Source: Felis catus (lineage: Eukaryota). Taken from it: DNA of 64,000 nucleotides. A program made the translations under genes and the position numbers. Location: assembly GCF_018350175.1 (NCBI RefSeq), contig NC_058368.1, positions 218,738,001 through 218,802,000 of the forward strand, written 5' to 3'. Below, piece after piece: positions 11,382-25,539 of this stretch. The notes under the pieces are model-generated. The model had not been told where the DNA came from. It made no database searches and saw nothing but the letters and a program-made list of their open reading frames with translations. How positions within the stretch are numbered: position 1 is the stretch's first letter; the number at the start of each line of letters is the position of its first letter.

Positions 11382-12040
11382 TGAGGATAGGCAGAATTCC
11401 AAGGTGCCTCCTCAGGATTCCCCCCCAGAATCCATGTCACTATGAATATAATCAGATGTAACTCCTCCCCCATAATTGTGTTACATTATTTAGCAAAAGG
11501 ATTTGTCACACGTAATTAGGTCTAATAATCGGTTGATTTTGAGTTTGTCAAAAGAGATTGTTCAGGTGTGCCCAATATAACTATATGAGTCATTTAAAAG
11601 CAAAAAATCTTTTATCAGATTTGTGGTAGAAAGGGAAGCAAGAGAGATTTGAAGCACTGGAAGGATTCAAAGTACTTTTGCTGGTTTGAGATGGAGGGGG
11701 GTCCATAACAGGAAACACAATGGCTTAGATGCTAAGAGCAGCTCCCAGCTCACAGCAAGGAAGCAAATGGTGACCGTGGTCCTGCAACTGCACGAAACTA
11801 AATTCAGTTAATAATCTTAATGAGGTAGCTTGGATGTAGATTCTTCTCCAAACTTCTAGAGGAAAGCCTTACTCAGACAACATTTTGATTACATCTGTGT
11901 GTTACCCTAAGCCAAGAAACCAACAAAGCCAGCCCAGCCCGGATGTTTGACCTATAGAATGAGACAATAAACTAATAATTTACCCTCAGTTCTGAGTTAT
12001 GTGATTTATATTATTTGACTAGTTAAGTTGTGGTAATTTT
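11382..12040 (+). mobile_element. MaLR LTR (MLT1D/E-like)
   Basis: GGCAGAATTCCAAGGTGCCTCC...TTTGCTGGTTTGAGATGGAGGGGG...CAGCAAGGAAGCAAATGG...TAAGTTGTGGTAATTT. Confidence 0.8.
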
Positions 12041-13045
12041 TACATCTATCTTTCTATGTAAATTTTCCTAGAATAATAAAGTCAAGTTGATAAAGACAAC
12101 TAAATGGAAAGGTCATGCTAAAATAGCTAACAAGCGAGCAAATGTCCATGATTTCAGTTCTCATTGAGACTGTTTCTAATATTTCTGCAACCAAGTAGCC
12201 CATAGGTAAAGACTATCGGTTCCAAAAAATACAAAGAAAGATGCCATTCATGCCGCCGAGATGTTTTTTAAAGAGAGGAGTTCTTTTAAATATCATATTT
12301 CTCTGCTAGTTAATATAAAACATACACAGATGTGCTAAGATATATATATATATTCTGTACTAAGAGGTGATTTTCAAAAATTGATTAGATTTTCATAAAA
12401 TATTTGCCCATAGTATGACAATATGATGGATGGTTTAGACAAATCACATTCTCTTGTATTAAATTTTCTTTCTTTCCCACTTTACACCTGAAACTAAATT
12501 TAGCTTTGACAGTATATTAATGTCATCTGTTTCACTCTTGATATCGAAGCCAGAAAAGGTAATGTCTAGAAGAAAAAAAAATTGTTTTCTTACAAATCAT
12601 TAATTATACCTGTTGCAAGTGTATATATTTTATGTGGCTCAAAAATAAATTACATAGTTTTAAAATATATATACTTTTTCTAAACATTGTATTGGACATA
12701 TATAATAATTAAAATAGTATAAAATACAAATATATAATTTTGATGTTAATATCACTGTAGGACTTAATGACTTAAAACAGAGGATTTGATTTTTTTCTAA
12801 GTATTGAATTTTCATATTAGAAATAATTTATTGTTTTTATAAATGTGTGGCTAGCATAGAAAGTCATAGAGAAAAAAAATAATCTGTGAAACTATCACCC
12901 AAATAATCATGTTACTTTACTAGAACACATTTTGGACTATTACAGTGCAATAGACGTTATAATGTGTACAGTGTCAGTCTATGATGAATTTTCTATCTAA
13001 TTTTATCTGATTGATTTTCTCATGATTAAAACTTTCCAAAACCTT

Positions 13046-13170
<125 letters not shown>

Positions 13171-13660
13171 TCATACTCTACACTTAGGCATCTCTTTATT
13201 TAGGAGTTTGTTAGGATTTGGTATTAGAGTATTTCATGTAGCTTTTGCTCTTTATGTGTTTGTTACTATTGTGGTTAATGAATAGTGGTAGAATTATTTG
13301 GTTTCATATTCTCCTTTACCCATTTAATGGTAATATTTATCTTTCATTTTGATTTGTATGAATTATATGTAAGGATGTTCTACATATCATTTCAGTTTAA
13401 CAACGTGGAATTTTAAAATGTTTGAACAGAATAGTTTTTCAATTAAACTATGGCACTTAACATTATGAGAATAGCCTTACTACTATACATATTTAATTCT
13501 CATTAGATCTTAATCCCAGTATTTTGTTCCCTTGTAGATATTTTAAATAAGGTGAACAAAGAGAGAAAGATTAAAATGTGTCTTTATATTGCTATTTTAT
13601 TTTGACCTTCCCCCCTAAAAAATCCAAAATATTTTCCAATTAGCTATTTAATATGGGAAT

Positions 13661-13865
13661 ATTTTTTTCTTTTCTAATGTTTTTTTATTTATTTTGAGAG
13701 AGTGATAGTGAGCAGGGGAGGGGGAGAGAGAGAGAGAATCCCAAGCAGGCTGTGCACCACCAGCACAGAGCCCGATGGAGAACTCGAACCCATGAACCCT
13801 GAGATCATGACCTGAGCTGAAGTCAGGAGTCGGATACTTAAATGACTGAGCCACCCAACTTCCCC
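13661..13865 (-). mobile_element. SINEC
   Basis: Antisense SINEC; TSD ATATGGGAAT. Confidence 0.92.
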
Positions 13866-14042
13866 TATATGGGAATTATTTTCAGTCTGAATTATCCAGC
13901 AGGTATTGATCATTATACAAATTTAAACTATACATTTTATATGTACATTATAACTACTTTTGAAGTAACATTTCATACTACATATTATATCATTAAGACA
14001 ATCCTTTTAATTGTATTACTGTAACTATTACTTCTAATAATA

Positions 14043-14378
14043 CAGTTGACCCTGGAATAGCATAGGGGTTAAGGACAACAGCCCCCAACACAGTTGAAAA
14101 TTTGCAAAATACTTGTGACTCCTCCAAAAGTTAACAATAGTAATAGCCTACTGTTGACCAGAAGCCTTACTTATAACATAAACAGCCGATTAATACGTTT
14201 TGTATGTTATGTGTATTCTATATTGTATGCTTAAAATAAAGTAAGCTAAGAAAAGAAAATGTTGTTAAAATAACAAAGAGGAGAAGATACATTTATAGTA
14301 CTCTATGTATTTATCAAAAACTATCCATGTATAACTGGATCCGCTCAGTTAAAACCCATGTTGTTTGAGGGTCAGATG
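14043..14378 (+). mobile_element. Tigger2-like non-autonomous DNA transposon (TcMar-Tigger)
   Basis: TIRs CAGTTGACCCT.../...AGGGTCAGATG flanked by TA duplications; internal AATAGCCTACTGTTGACCAGAAGCCTTAC. Confidence 0.88.
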
Positions 14379-15484
14379 TAGTGATAGCTCATACACTGTG
14401 TTCTGAACTGGTGTTTACCAGTTTACCAATTTACCAGAACTGGTTTACCATCCACATGAATGAAACAGATTTAATTATTTTCTATGCTATTATTTTCAAA
14501 TTGGTTTAAGCCTTGATAGAATTTTAGATTATAATTAAAAATTCTCTTTGTGACTTTTCTTAGGAAACCTTCAAAAAATAAAACTGGTAAGCACTTTAAG
14601 TCTGTACATAGAGCAAAAAATAAAAAACAAAAAAAAAAGGAAAGGAAAAACCCACTGTTTTTTTGTTAACGATTTCAATTAAACCAAAGCCTTTCATAAT
14701 ATACTTTGTTTGAAAAATTTAGATGGATAATAATTATATGGAATAAAACATGTAGATAACAAATACACACAAAAAAAGTATGCAAGTGTCCTTAACCCCC
14801 AAGCCAGGCACTCCCCTCCAACACGGGCATTGGTGTGACTAGGCATCCCGTGTTTAGCACCTCTCGTCTTTTTCTCTTTCACTTGGCATCAGAGAACGAA
14901 GATATCAAACTCCTGAGGATAGTCCATCCCAGAAAGAACCCGTCAGTGTATTGTGCTGCCAGCCATGCCTCCGGAAATGTCTTATTAGTGTTGAAAGCTT
15001 CACTGGGCTGATTATCTCGGTGATATATTCTTTTATTTTTTTATACATTTATATAAAACTATTGTGAGAAACTCTCATATCTATCTCAGACAGAATATCT
15101 ATTTTTAAAAACACATTCACTTTTTCAAATGGAGAAAACTGAATCATCCTAGATTTGTGAAAGGGCAATATGATATTTCTGTTTTAATGATGGCACAATG
15201 GCCCTATTCCCTTCCAGATTCATCTGTCCTTCACCTTAAGCATGTTGACACTTCAGCCTATATTATTTGCCATTTCTTAAAAATTTCTACTTCAGACTAA
15301 TGTGCGGTTGGATGGCATATATCATTCTTCTGTATTTGATATTGACTCTCAGAGACAGCTTTGTGTTTACTGTGTGTCCTGTATGTCCCTGATCATCTGG
15401 CTGCTACTTTAGAGATCTGTATTTGACAAAATATTTTAAAGAGAAAAATTTTCAAATTTGAGAATAGTGTAACATATCATTTAT

Positions 15485-15720
15485 TAATTCATTCACTCAA
15501 TTATCCCTCCATTTAATCACTTACACGAAGCTATTTATTATAGACCACAATGTGTTAGCCTCCAGAAACCAGCAATTCTCATGCAAAACATGACCCTGGT
15601 CTTTAAGGAGATTACAGTGTGTTCAGGAATAACAATGGTAATGAGGCAAACCGTATAGCATCATGAAATTTATGATGACTAAATTCAGGACGCTATGAGA
15701 CTAGAAAAGGGGATAGAACG
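15485..15720. mobile_element. L2 3' fragment
   Basis: ATTCATTCACTCA...CCCTGGTCTTTAAGGAGATTACAGT. Confidence 0.55.
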
Positions 15721-15772
15721 TCAAAATTGATTTTATAGTATCTACGTAAAATAAGTATCTTTGCCCAATGAT

Positions 15773-15950
15773 TTTTTGTAATGTTTCTTTATTTTGAGAA
15801 AGTGAGGGAGAGCATGAGTGGGAGAGGGGCAGGGAGAGAGGGGGACAGAGGATCTAACGACAGAGCCCAGTGTGGGGCTTGAACACAACTGTGAGATCAT
15901 GATCTGAGCCAAAGTCAGACACTTAACCAACAGATCCACCCAGGCACCCC
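15773..15950 (-). mobile_element. SINEC with small internal deletion
   Basis: Antisense SINEC ending CCACCCAGGCACCCC. Confidence 0.9.
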
Positions 15951-16007
15951 CATCCAATGTTTTTAATCCAATTAATGTTTTAATAAAACAAACTTGGATT
16001 AAATTAG

Positions 16008-16058
16008 GTGTGTGTGTGTGTGTTTGTGTGTGCGTGTGTGCGCGCGCACGCACATGTG
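16008..16058. repeat. (TG)n/(CG)n alternating purine-pyrimidine tract
   Basis: Direct inspection. Confidence 0.9.
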
Positions 16059-17659
16059 TCTTGGAAGCATAAGAATCTTCACTTGCTAGAGAACTTTGAG
16101 TTTTCTGGTTACTTTTGTTCCTTACTGACATACTTAACTCTCAGAAACAAATTATTTGCATACTGGCTTATATTATCTTTTATTCAAGGTGTTCCTCCCA
16201 CACCTGAAAACCTAGTTTTGACTCATTTCTAACCATATGGCTACAACCATTGCAGCCCGTGTTTCAGCAATGACAGGCATAATTTTGCTAGATGCTCTTT
16301 TTACATTATTATCAATTATCACTATGCTTCTTTCCACAATTTTCATATACACTCAGTCTATTTCCTGGAAGGCAGATCATTTTCATTTGAACTGTAGTTT
16401 TCAGCTGGCAGTTTGTCAGAGTCATACTAGTGATATTTTTAAAAATAGCAGATATTTGTACAAAATATGTGCACATTCCAAGTATAATTTCTACTATTAA
16501 ATGACATTGTATATAGAAAATTCTACATTGTCATACACAAAGAATGGTAAGTTTAAGATATCCATATATTAATTGGGGTACTATTGGAAAAATAAGAAAT
16601 GGATACTTTCACATGAGGAAAAATTACTACATCTAATATAATACAAAGATATAAGGATAAACATTTTACTTTGATTACACACATGTGCATTTGTATATGT
16701 CATAATACACATATACATATGGATATATAATGTTTTATTTAAGATAATTTTTGTGGTGTGATATAAAATGTGTTTCAGTATTTGAAATATCCACCCCCCT
16801 AGCAATCCTAGACTCCTGGGGCACCAGGATAATAGGGGGAAAAAGTAATGACAAAGGGAATTTGTAGAAACTTGGGGGATTTATTATCTGCTAAAGAGAA
16901 AAAAAACACACCCTCTGGAGAGAGCAATTTGATTTCTTAAGCCTTTCTTAGTTGAGTACAAATCACATAAAACACTTCTTCCCAAGGTACCCTGTTAGGA
17001 ATTCTTTTAATAGTCTTGTCCTTTGGATTCTAATAATTTGTATGATATTTGTAGCAAAGAGACTGTAATTTTGAAAATCATAATTTATCTAACATATATC
17101 ATGAAATATGAAATTCACTTTTTTCTTTATTAGACACCTAAGAGGCTATATGTAAGAAAATGTGAACTCTTAAAATAGTTACCTAGATCATGATCTCAGG
17201 ATTAGAGGCATTCAACCCAAGAGATTTTCAGGTTAGTTGATTGTGATTACAGTGCAGAAATCATGTATTAGAAATATATATATTTGGTGTGTGTGTGTGT
17301 GTGCACAGTATTTAGTATGATGTCTTTCATGTCTATTTTGTCTATGCAGTATAATGTTAAAATAGATATTGGTATGGTATTATACATACAATTTTTAAAA
17401 AACTAGAAATAAATGTAGACATACTGGGAGCCAATGTTCCAATTTTTATTTTACTAATACGAGTGCATGGATAAAATGTTTCTGAAATATTGGTTTTATA
17501 AAAAAGATACATAAAAAGAAAAGGTTTATTTGCAATTAGTTGGGTTATCAATCCATTTAACGTAAAGGTAATGCTAAATCCCTACTATTGAACTAGGATA
17601 CAGTGATGGGGAGAGACATGGTTTGGCATTGTACTTTTCATAATTTAGAAAATGCCTTG

Positions 17660-20600
17660 GACTTCTGGATTCCAATCAGGCATGTGAGAAGCTTATAAGC
17701 TGTCATTCTGTCATACCAACAAGTAAAAAGCCGAAAAACTGAAAAAAATAAACTCTTCTTAGATACATCAGAGAAATGATGTCACAGGGAAAGCTACTGC
17801 CTCCAAAACTGGAGAGACAGACCGACAGATACAGAGAATTACAACTTTCTCTAGGAGAAACCCATGAGCAGAAATCATTGCAGGAACCCGTTTTGGGGTA
17901 GGAAAACCGAAACCACAATTGACAAATTTATGAAGGCTCAGTGTGGACAAGTCTGAGTTAAAAACTCCAGGGGAACTTTGTCATAGGAGGAATAAAGGTT
18001 TGTAAATTTTACCTCCAGGTGCTTGACCAATTTCTCACGTGGAGAAAATTCCTCTCATGCTTTCCTGAGATGGAGGAGAAATTTAACCATTTTGAAATCG
18101 TACCAGTATTCTCTTTTTAACAAGACCTGCCTTCAGGAGAAACTATTTTACTGATATTTTAACGGTTGGCCTTTTTTCAGAGCCTGACTGACTTGGGAGG
18201 AACAAATTAGCCAACGTTATTCTAGTGTGTCCTTCCATGTGGGGGAAGGAAAATACCTAACTCCAGCCTGCTCTAGCCTTTTGCATGGAGGAAGGGAAAT
18301 ACTCAACTCTAGCCCAGGCAGCCATCCTGCCCACCCCCCACCCCCCCACCCCCGCCCCAACGCCAAGAGAGGAGGTGGGAGCTAAGAAACACTTGAGAGT
18401 GAATATACTGAAAGCGCAGGCACTGAAAGACTGAAACCCAATCCCTATCATAGGAATAGAGACTATAGGACATTTCCCCTCTACACACACACACTGTCAC
18501 ATTTCTAAAAGTCTATGTACCACAATTCTTTTTACCCAATATAGTATGTCCAGATATCAAGGGGAAAAAAAACAAAAAATAAAAACTACAAGTCATATTT
18601 ACAGACAAAAAGCACAGTTTGAAGAGACAGCAAATATCAGAACAAGACACAGATACAACAAGGATGTTGGAATTAACATATCAGGAGTATAAAATAACTA
18701 TGGTTAATATGCTTAGGATTCTAAATGGATAGTAAAGTGGACAGCATGTGAGAACAGATGGGCAATGTAAGCACACCAATGGCAATCCTAAGAAAGAATA
18801 AAAAAAGCTAGAGATCTAAAACACTCTAAAAGAAGTGAAGAATGTTTTTGATGGGCTTGTTAGTAGCCTGGACTCAAAAGGGGAAAGAATCTCTGAGCTT
18901 GAAAGCATCTCAGTAAGAACCTCCAAAACTGAAAAGCAAAGAGGAAAAAAAAAAAGACAAAATATCCAAGTACTGGGGGATAGCTACAAAAGGTAGAACA
19001 CATGCATGCATAATGGGAATATTTAAAGTAGAAGAGAGAGAGAAAGGAAAAGTAGAGATATTTGAAACAGTAATGACTGACAATTATCCCAAAATTAATG
19101 TTACATCAAACCTTGTATCTACGATGGCCACAGAACACTAATCAGGATAAATACTAGGGGAACGTTATATTCAACGTGCAGAAAATAAAAGGTAAATCAA
19201 AGGAGTCAGAAGAAAAACAACATCTTTCCTATTAGAAAAGCAAAAGGAAGAATTGCATTTGACTACTCCTCAGAAACCATGCAAGCACAGAGTGCATTGA
19301 AATATTTAAAATATTAAGAAAACTACAAACAAAACAAAAACCATACAAACCTAGAAATTCTGTATCTTGAGAAATTCACCTTCAAAAGTAAAGGCGAAAT
19401 AAAGCCTTTTTCAGACAAATGAAAAATGAGGGAATTAGTTGGCAGTAGATCTGCCTTGAAAGAAATGTTAAAAGAAGTTTTTCAGAAAGGGAAAATGATA
19501 TAGGTCAGAATCCCACATCTATATAAAGAAAGGACAAGCATCAGATAGGGAAGAGGTGAGGGCAAAATAAAAACTTTCATTTAAAAAAATTAACTGATCT
19601 CTGTTCAAAATAATAACAGAAACTATGTATTATATAGTTATATGATAATCCAAGTGAAATTAATGGCATAAATGATAATAGAAGGGAGGGAAGAATTGTG
19701 ATTATTTTGTAATTGTAAGATATACTACCTATGAACTATTATTGGAAGTGGAGTTGGAGTACTTATTTTACCTAACATGATACCCTCTATATTCATCCAT
19801 GTTGTCACAAATGGAGGTGACTATTTTATTTTATTTTATTTTTTATTTTATATCATTTTATTTTTAAGATAGAATTAAAAAAATAATATTTATTTTGAGA
19901 GAGAGGTAGTGAGCAAGTGGGGCGAGGGACAGAGAGAGAGGAGAGAGAGAATCCCAAGCAGGATCCATGCTGTTAGTACAGACCCTGACTCAAGGCTTGA
20001 TCCCATGAACCATGAGATCATGACCTAAACTGAAAGCAAGAGTTGGACACTTAACTGACTGAGCCACCCAGGTCCCCCTGGAGGTGACTTTTTATGTATA
20101 ACACCAAAGTCACCACCCATGGAAGAAAGAAAGGACTAAAATAAATTAAAAAAAAAAAACAGTTCTGCTCTACAAAAGACAAAGTCAAGAGATTAGAAGA
20201 CAGGCTACAGACTGGGAGAAAATATTTGCAAAAAGACATACCTGATAAAGGACTCTTATAGAAAATATACAAAGAACTCTTAGCATCCAACAATAAGAAA
20301 ATTTATTTAAAAAAGGGCAAAATATCTGAACAGACATTTCACTAAAGAAGATACGTAGATGAAAAATAAACAGGTGAAAGAGATTCTCCACATCTATATG
20401 TTGAATATTGCAAATTAAAACAATATTGAGATACCACCGCATACCTACCAGAACAGCCAAAATCCTAAAAAACAACACCAAATGTTGGGGAAGAGGAACT
20501 CTCATTCATGGCTCGTAGGAATGCAAATATTACTGCCACCATGGAGGGCAGTTTGGCTGTTTTCTACAAAGCTAAATTCTACCATATTATCCAGCAATGG

Positions 20601-21370
20601 TGCCCCCCAGTGCACATGAAAACCTGCATACAGATGGTTTATAATTGTCAATAACTTACAAGCAACCAAGATATCCTTCAGTAGGTGAATGAAAACTGTG
20701 GTACATCTAAACAATGGAACATTTATTCAGCACTAAAAGTAAATGAGCTATCAAGCCACAACAAGACATGGAGGGACCTTAAATGCATTTTACTAAGTGA
20801 AGAAAACCAATCCATTTTTTACGTCATTATATTTACTGAGTGACTGCTCTCTGCTGGTTTCTGGTTAGGTGTCATTATTATCTCCTTATCCTCATGGAAC
20901 TTCCATTCACGTAGAGGGAGACACAAAAATAAGCAAAATAGAAAATACTATATACCATGTGATTTCAACTATATGACATTCTGCAAAAACAAAACTATGT
21001 AGACACCAAAAGGAACAGTGGTTTCCAGGGGTTGGGGGAAACAGTTATGAAGAGGGGAAGCAAGGAGGATTTTTACAGCACAAAAATATTCTGTATGCTA
21101 TTATAATGGTAGGTATATGTCCTTATACATTTGTCCAAACTTATTGAAGGTAAAAAAGAAAAGTGAATTCTAATGTAAACTATGGACTTTGGGTGGTCAT
21201 GATGTGTCGATGTAGATTCATCAGTTGAAACAAATGTACCACTCTAATGGAATATATGTATAATAGTATAATGGGGGGGCTATGAATATGTGGAAGCTGG
21301 AGGTATAGAGAAGATGCCTGTATCTTTCCATTTAATTTTAATCTAAATCTAAAATTTTTCTTAAAAATTT
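17660..21370 (+). mobile_element. Old L1 (L1MC1-like): 5' UTR, ORF1 remnant, large ORF2 deletion, ORF2 3' end and 3' UTR
   Basis: GACTTCTGG 5' start; A-rich ORF1-like region; ORF2 end ACAGACTGGGAGAAAATATTTGCAAAAG; L1MC1-like 3' UTR TACATTTGTCCAAAC...TAATGTAAACTATGGACTTTGGGTG. Confidence 0.85.
19823..20078 (-). mobile_element. SINEC inserted in the L1
   Basis: TSD TGGAGGTGACT (19812-19822/20079-20089). Confidence 0.93.
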
Positions 21371-21379
21371 TATTATACG

Positions 21380-21382
<3 letters not shown>

Positions 21383-21424
<42 letters not shown>
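21383..21424. repeat. (AC)n microsatellite, about 21 units
   Basis: Direct inspection. Confidence 0.97.
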
Positions 21425-21426
<2 letters not shown>

Positions 21427-23302
21427 TTGTGACCTAGATTCATTTTAAGTAAATAGAGGTTTCTCATTCTTTTATGTAAATTATAATTCTTCTTTGGTAT
21501 TTAAGCAAAGTTATTTATATTAAATTAATATAATACTTTAGAGAGAATATATTTTTATCTGTTCCATTTAATTGATATCATTTTTATCTTTAGTTAATTA
21601 TTAATGTATTTTTATTTAAAATAATACTTATTGAAGAATATTAATTCAGTATTTCAAGGAAAAATACCTAATATGTCATTGGTTGCCAATTAAACAGAGC
21701 ATTTAAGCATCATATTGCATCCCTCATGGAATTAATGCACAGTGGCAAGATGGCAGGAAGCAATTTATTGACAATGGAAATGGAAAATTTACTATTAGCT
21801 AATCAGCCAAAGGAAAAACACATTTCTTTTTCATCCTCCCAATGTGATATGGGCAGGCCATCCTCACTGCTACCTCCTCTCTTCAGTCTCAACCTAGAAA
21901 TTCTACTGTAGGGTCTCCTCCCTTTGGCTTCTCCAGACACTAAGCTGATATGGTCTCATTCTTCTGATACATATGTAACCCTTGAAGACCTATCCTCATC
22001 ATTCATAAGAAACATTCCTATTATGCTTTGAAACAACTTTTATATTTTTTCAACCTCCCCTATATGAAAAAAAAATAAATAAAACTTTGTGAAGAGTCCT
22101 GTTGATGTTCCCCAAAGCAAGGAAGCAGCAAGAGTTTATCCCCACAAATTAAGAGGGTATCCCTTTAAAAGATATCCCTTTTTTATTTATTACTATGTAT
22201 TTTATCACCTAGGATAATCAAAGGATTAGTTTCACTATTGAATACTGTGATCATTTTAGAATATGTGGTTGTGGACATTTTTAAATTTTTAAGTTTACAT
22301 TTGTAAAGTTTACATGTGTAAATTTTTAAGTTTACATTTTTTTGAAAATTGTTGCAGAGGGCTGGCATGTAGATGTTTTGACTGCAATGCGGTGAGGTGA
22401 CAATTATGTCAGTTCTGGATCTAGTCTGTAAGAGGTCTACTAGGTTCCAATACAGTCTGTAGAAGTCTTCAATCCACTTTAAGGAGTGTAATTACCTAGT
22501 TAGATCATGTGGAGAGGTTCTGAGACTGATTCTGACGTTCTGAGTCTACATGAGTAGGAAGCCTAACCGACTGAAAGACGCAGGCACCTTGAGCCTTAGT
22601 CCTTTCAGTTTGCAATTTACCTTCTAATGCTGAAAATTAGATTATGTCACTTCTGTATTCTCACATAATTTCATCTTTCAAGCTTTTCTTGGTGGCTTTG
22701 ATCTCTGTAATTGCAACATATATTTGTCTCTCTGTTGTCCACAGAATAAATGCACATGTGTTCCTTAGGCTATGCTTTGAAATTCAGGAACTCTTGAATT
22801 AAACAAGTCTTCTGCTATTTCTTTTTGAAAATGCCTAGGTAGAGATTTTCATTCCTGTGTTGATCTTATTTCCAATTTAATAGAGTTCTACACTTATTGA
22901 TGACCATACTATGTTATCACTGTCTTAAATTTTGCAGATAAAAATGAATCTTAAACTGATCTTATTCTTACTGAGAGCAAAGTTGTCTAATCAGTTAAGT
23001 CATTACATATGTCTTCTTCTTTTCCATTGAATGTACACTATAGAGTAAATGTAGGAGTTTATGTTTACCATGTAAATTTTGCAACGCTAAAAATATTTTG
23101 AATGTCAGTCATAACAGCAATTTCTGTATAAAAGAGCTTAAATGGAACTTGGCTTTTGAGATCACACTCCCCACTCTCACAAAACTGGCCACATTGCAAT
23201 AAAATTGTGGCATATTACAGAACGTTGCCTTGCTTTCCTTGGACACTTTGCAAAATGTTATGTGAAGCAACTTTTAGAGTAAACAGCTATTATTAAAAAA
23301 TA

Positions 23303-23357
<55 letters not shown>
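23303..23357. repeat. (TG)n(TA)n microsatellite
   Basis: Direct inspection. Confidence 0.95.
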
Positions 23358-25349
23358 CTGTATCTGTTACTTATCTCTTTCCCTCAAATACTTTTGAAAT
23401 CTCCAATAATTATTTTGTTCACCTTAAAACATTTGTTTCCTTTATTTCAAAATAGCAATTCTGAAACTAAGAACTCCTCATAATTTGCCAAATAGCTTTT
23501 GTTATGCAAATTGGCACATTCCACCTGTGGTAAAAAAGGACTATCTGTATAAAGTCTAAATGGATATATTTTATGGGAAACTGCAATGGTTTATAATCAG
23601 AAACACTGAGTGCTAATAAAATTGTCCTAACTATTCTTGTCAACTTGGGCAGGAATCTTAACCATTATAAGTCTTAGTTACTTGGGAAATAAAATAAAAT
23701 ACTTTGATTTGAATAACTAGCTTAACTTTTAGATTTCTTCTTATACTAAATTTAGATAATAAGTATGTGTATGAATCCCTGCAACGTGGTTATATTTCAA
23801 GCCAGAAATTCAGCAGTTATAAATGTGTATTTTAGATTTTATGCTTCATCTTGCAAGAAATCTAAAGGGACACAGTAAAAGAATGTTTATTCTATTCATG
23901 AACCTCTTAATTCAGCTTCGTAAATGTTTACATGCTTAATTTCATCAATCAGGAATTTAGAATGAAATGAAAACCAACCCTCCAGAAAATTTTACTTCCC
24001 AGGTGGTGTTAGGATGTAATGTGCTGGAAGTAATATAAATTACTGATTTAAGAACCATTGGATAGGACAATGTCTTTTCCAGACAACTAAAATTCCAGAC
24101 ACTAAAATTAACCAATTTCTTTCAGATATAATTTACAATGTGATATATATGATTCATTTTAAAGGACAACTACTATTTATAAGGAAATGTATAAATATCA
24201 GTAAGCATTCTCAATTATAATCTATATAGAATAATAGTCATCCACTAAAAAGAGTAAAAAACATTTTAAAACAAGGAACTTTTCAAAGATTTCATATATT
24301 GCTCTTATTAACTCAATGGAGGATATCCTTTTTTGGGTTTCTGTAGCAATCTTTTGTAGCAAAAAAGAGAAATTTCCTATATAAACAACAAGTTATCTAT
24401 AGAGAAGTCATTTTTTTTACTTTGAAAATAATAGCAAAAACAACTTCCTAATTAACTTGAGTGGAAAACAAAAACATTTTAGTTACCCATGAGAAAGTAA
24501 AAAACAAAAACAAAAAAACCCACATTATTTATGTTTTTTGTCATAAAAATTTGCTGGATTTATTTAGCTTTATTATTTCAACTGAACAGCCATAAATAGT
24601 TGAAAAAGATTATCGATTACATAGAATATGCCTTTGGAGATATTGTACTACTGAGGACTTTTTTAAAAATATATACTGATGATTAATATACTACTAAAAC
24701 TGTATCTTCTTCTGGAAAAACATAACAAGAACAACAAAAAACACTTCACTTTATCATTTGTTACCTTCTTCCTCTTATGGCTCATTGACTGATTTCAGCA
24801 TTTCTTGTCCAGGTTCCATGAGTGAATGAATGCTCAAGCACATCTCTCAAGAAGTGGAATATTCAATATTAGATTTGTGATCATTTTTATGGAAGGGAAG
24901 ATGGTATGATATAGGAGATTAATCTAAGTTCTTCAGTACCCAGAGAGTGGGTTAGTCAATTTATCTATTAGCTAGTGAATCATAAGTAAAGCATTACATT
25001 CCAAATTTGTCCTGACAACTTCATTTATATTAAATAAATAATTAATATAAATATTTAGAGTGAATTTTGCTTTACAAATTCCAATGATGTAGAATGTATT
25101 TTCAATTTCCAAATTCTTTTTTCACATGACATAGAAAGCGTTATATTTTAACTGTGTATGATTATATATATGCTAAATATGTATTTATAAAAATATGTAT
25201 ATTATGCATATATATTTATATATGCATATGTAAACTGCATCTATATGTTTATGGAATAAATGTGTAATTTATTGTGTATAATCTTATTTCAAAAATAATT
25301 TGATCAAATAATGAATTGAAATTTATTGAGCTATTAAAATATGCCCTTT

Positions 25350-25539
25350 GGGGGCACCTGGGTGGCTGTCAGTTGAGTGACTGACTCTTGATTTTGGCTC
25401 AGGTCATGATCTCACGGTTCATGGGTTCAAGCCCTGTATCAGGCTCTGTACTGATAGTGCAGAACCCACTTGGTATTCTCTCTCTGTCCCTCTCTTTCAG
25501 CCCCTCTCCCCCCTCACAAAATAAATAAATAACTTTTTT
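25350..25539 (+). mobile_element. SINEC
   Basis: GGGGCACCTGGGTGGCT head; TSD ATGCCCTTT. Confidence 0.92.

Noticed and set aside
18330..18360. G-quadruplex-capable C-run tract
   Set aside because: Low-complexity tract within an old L1 5' region; no evidence of function
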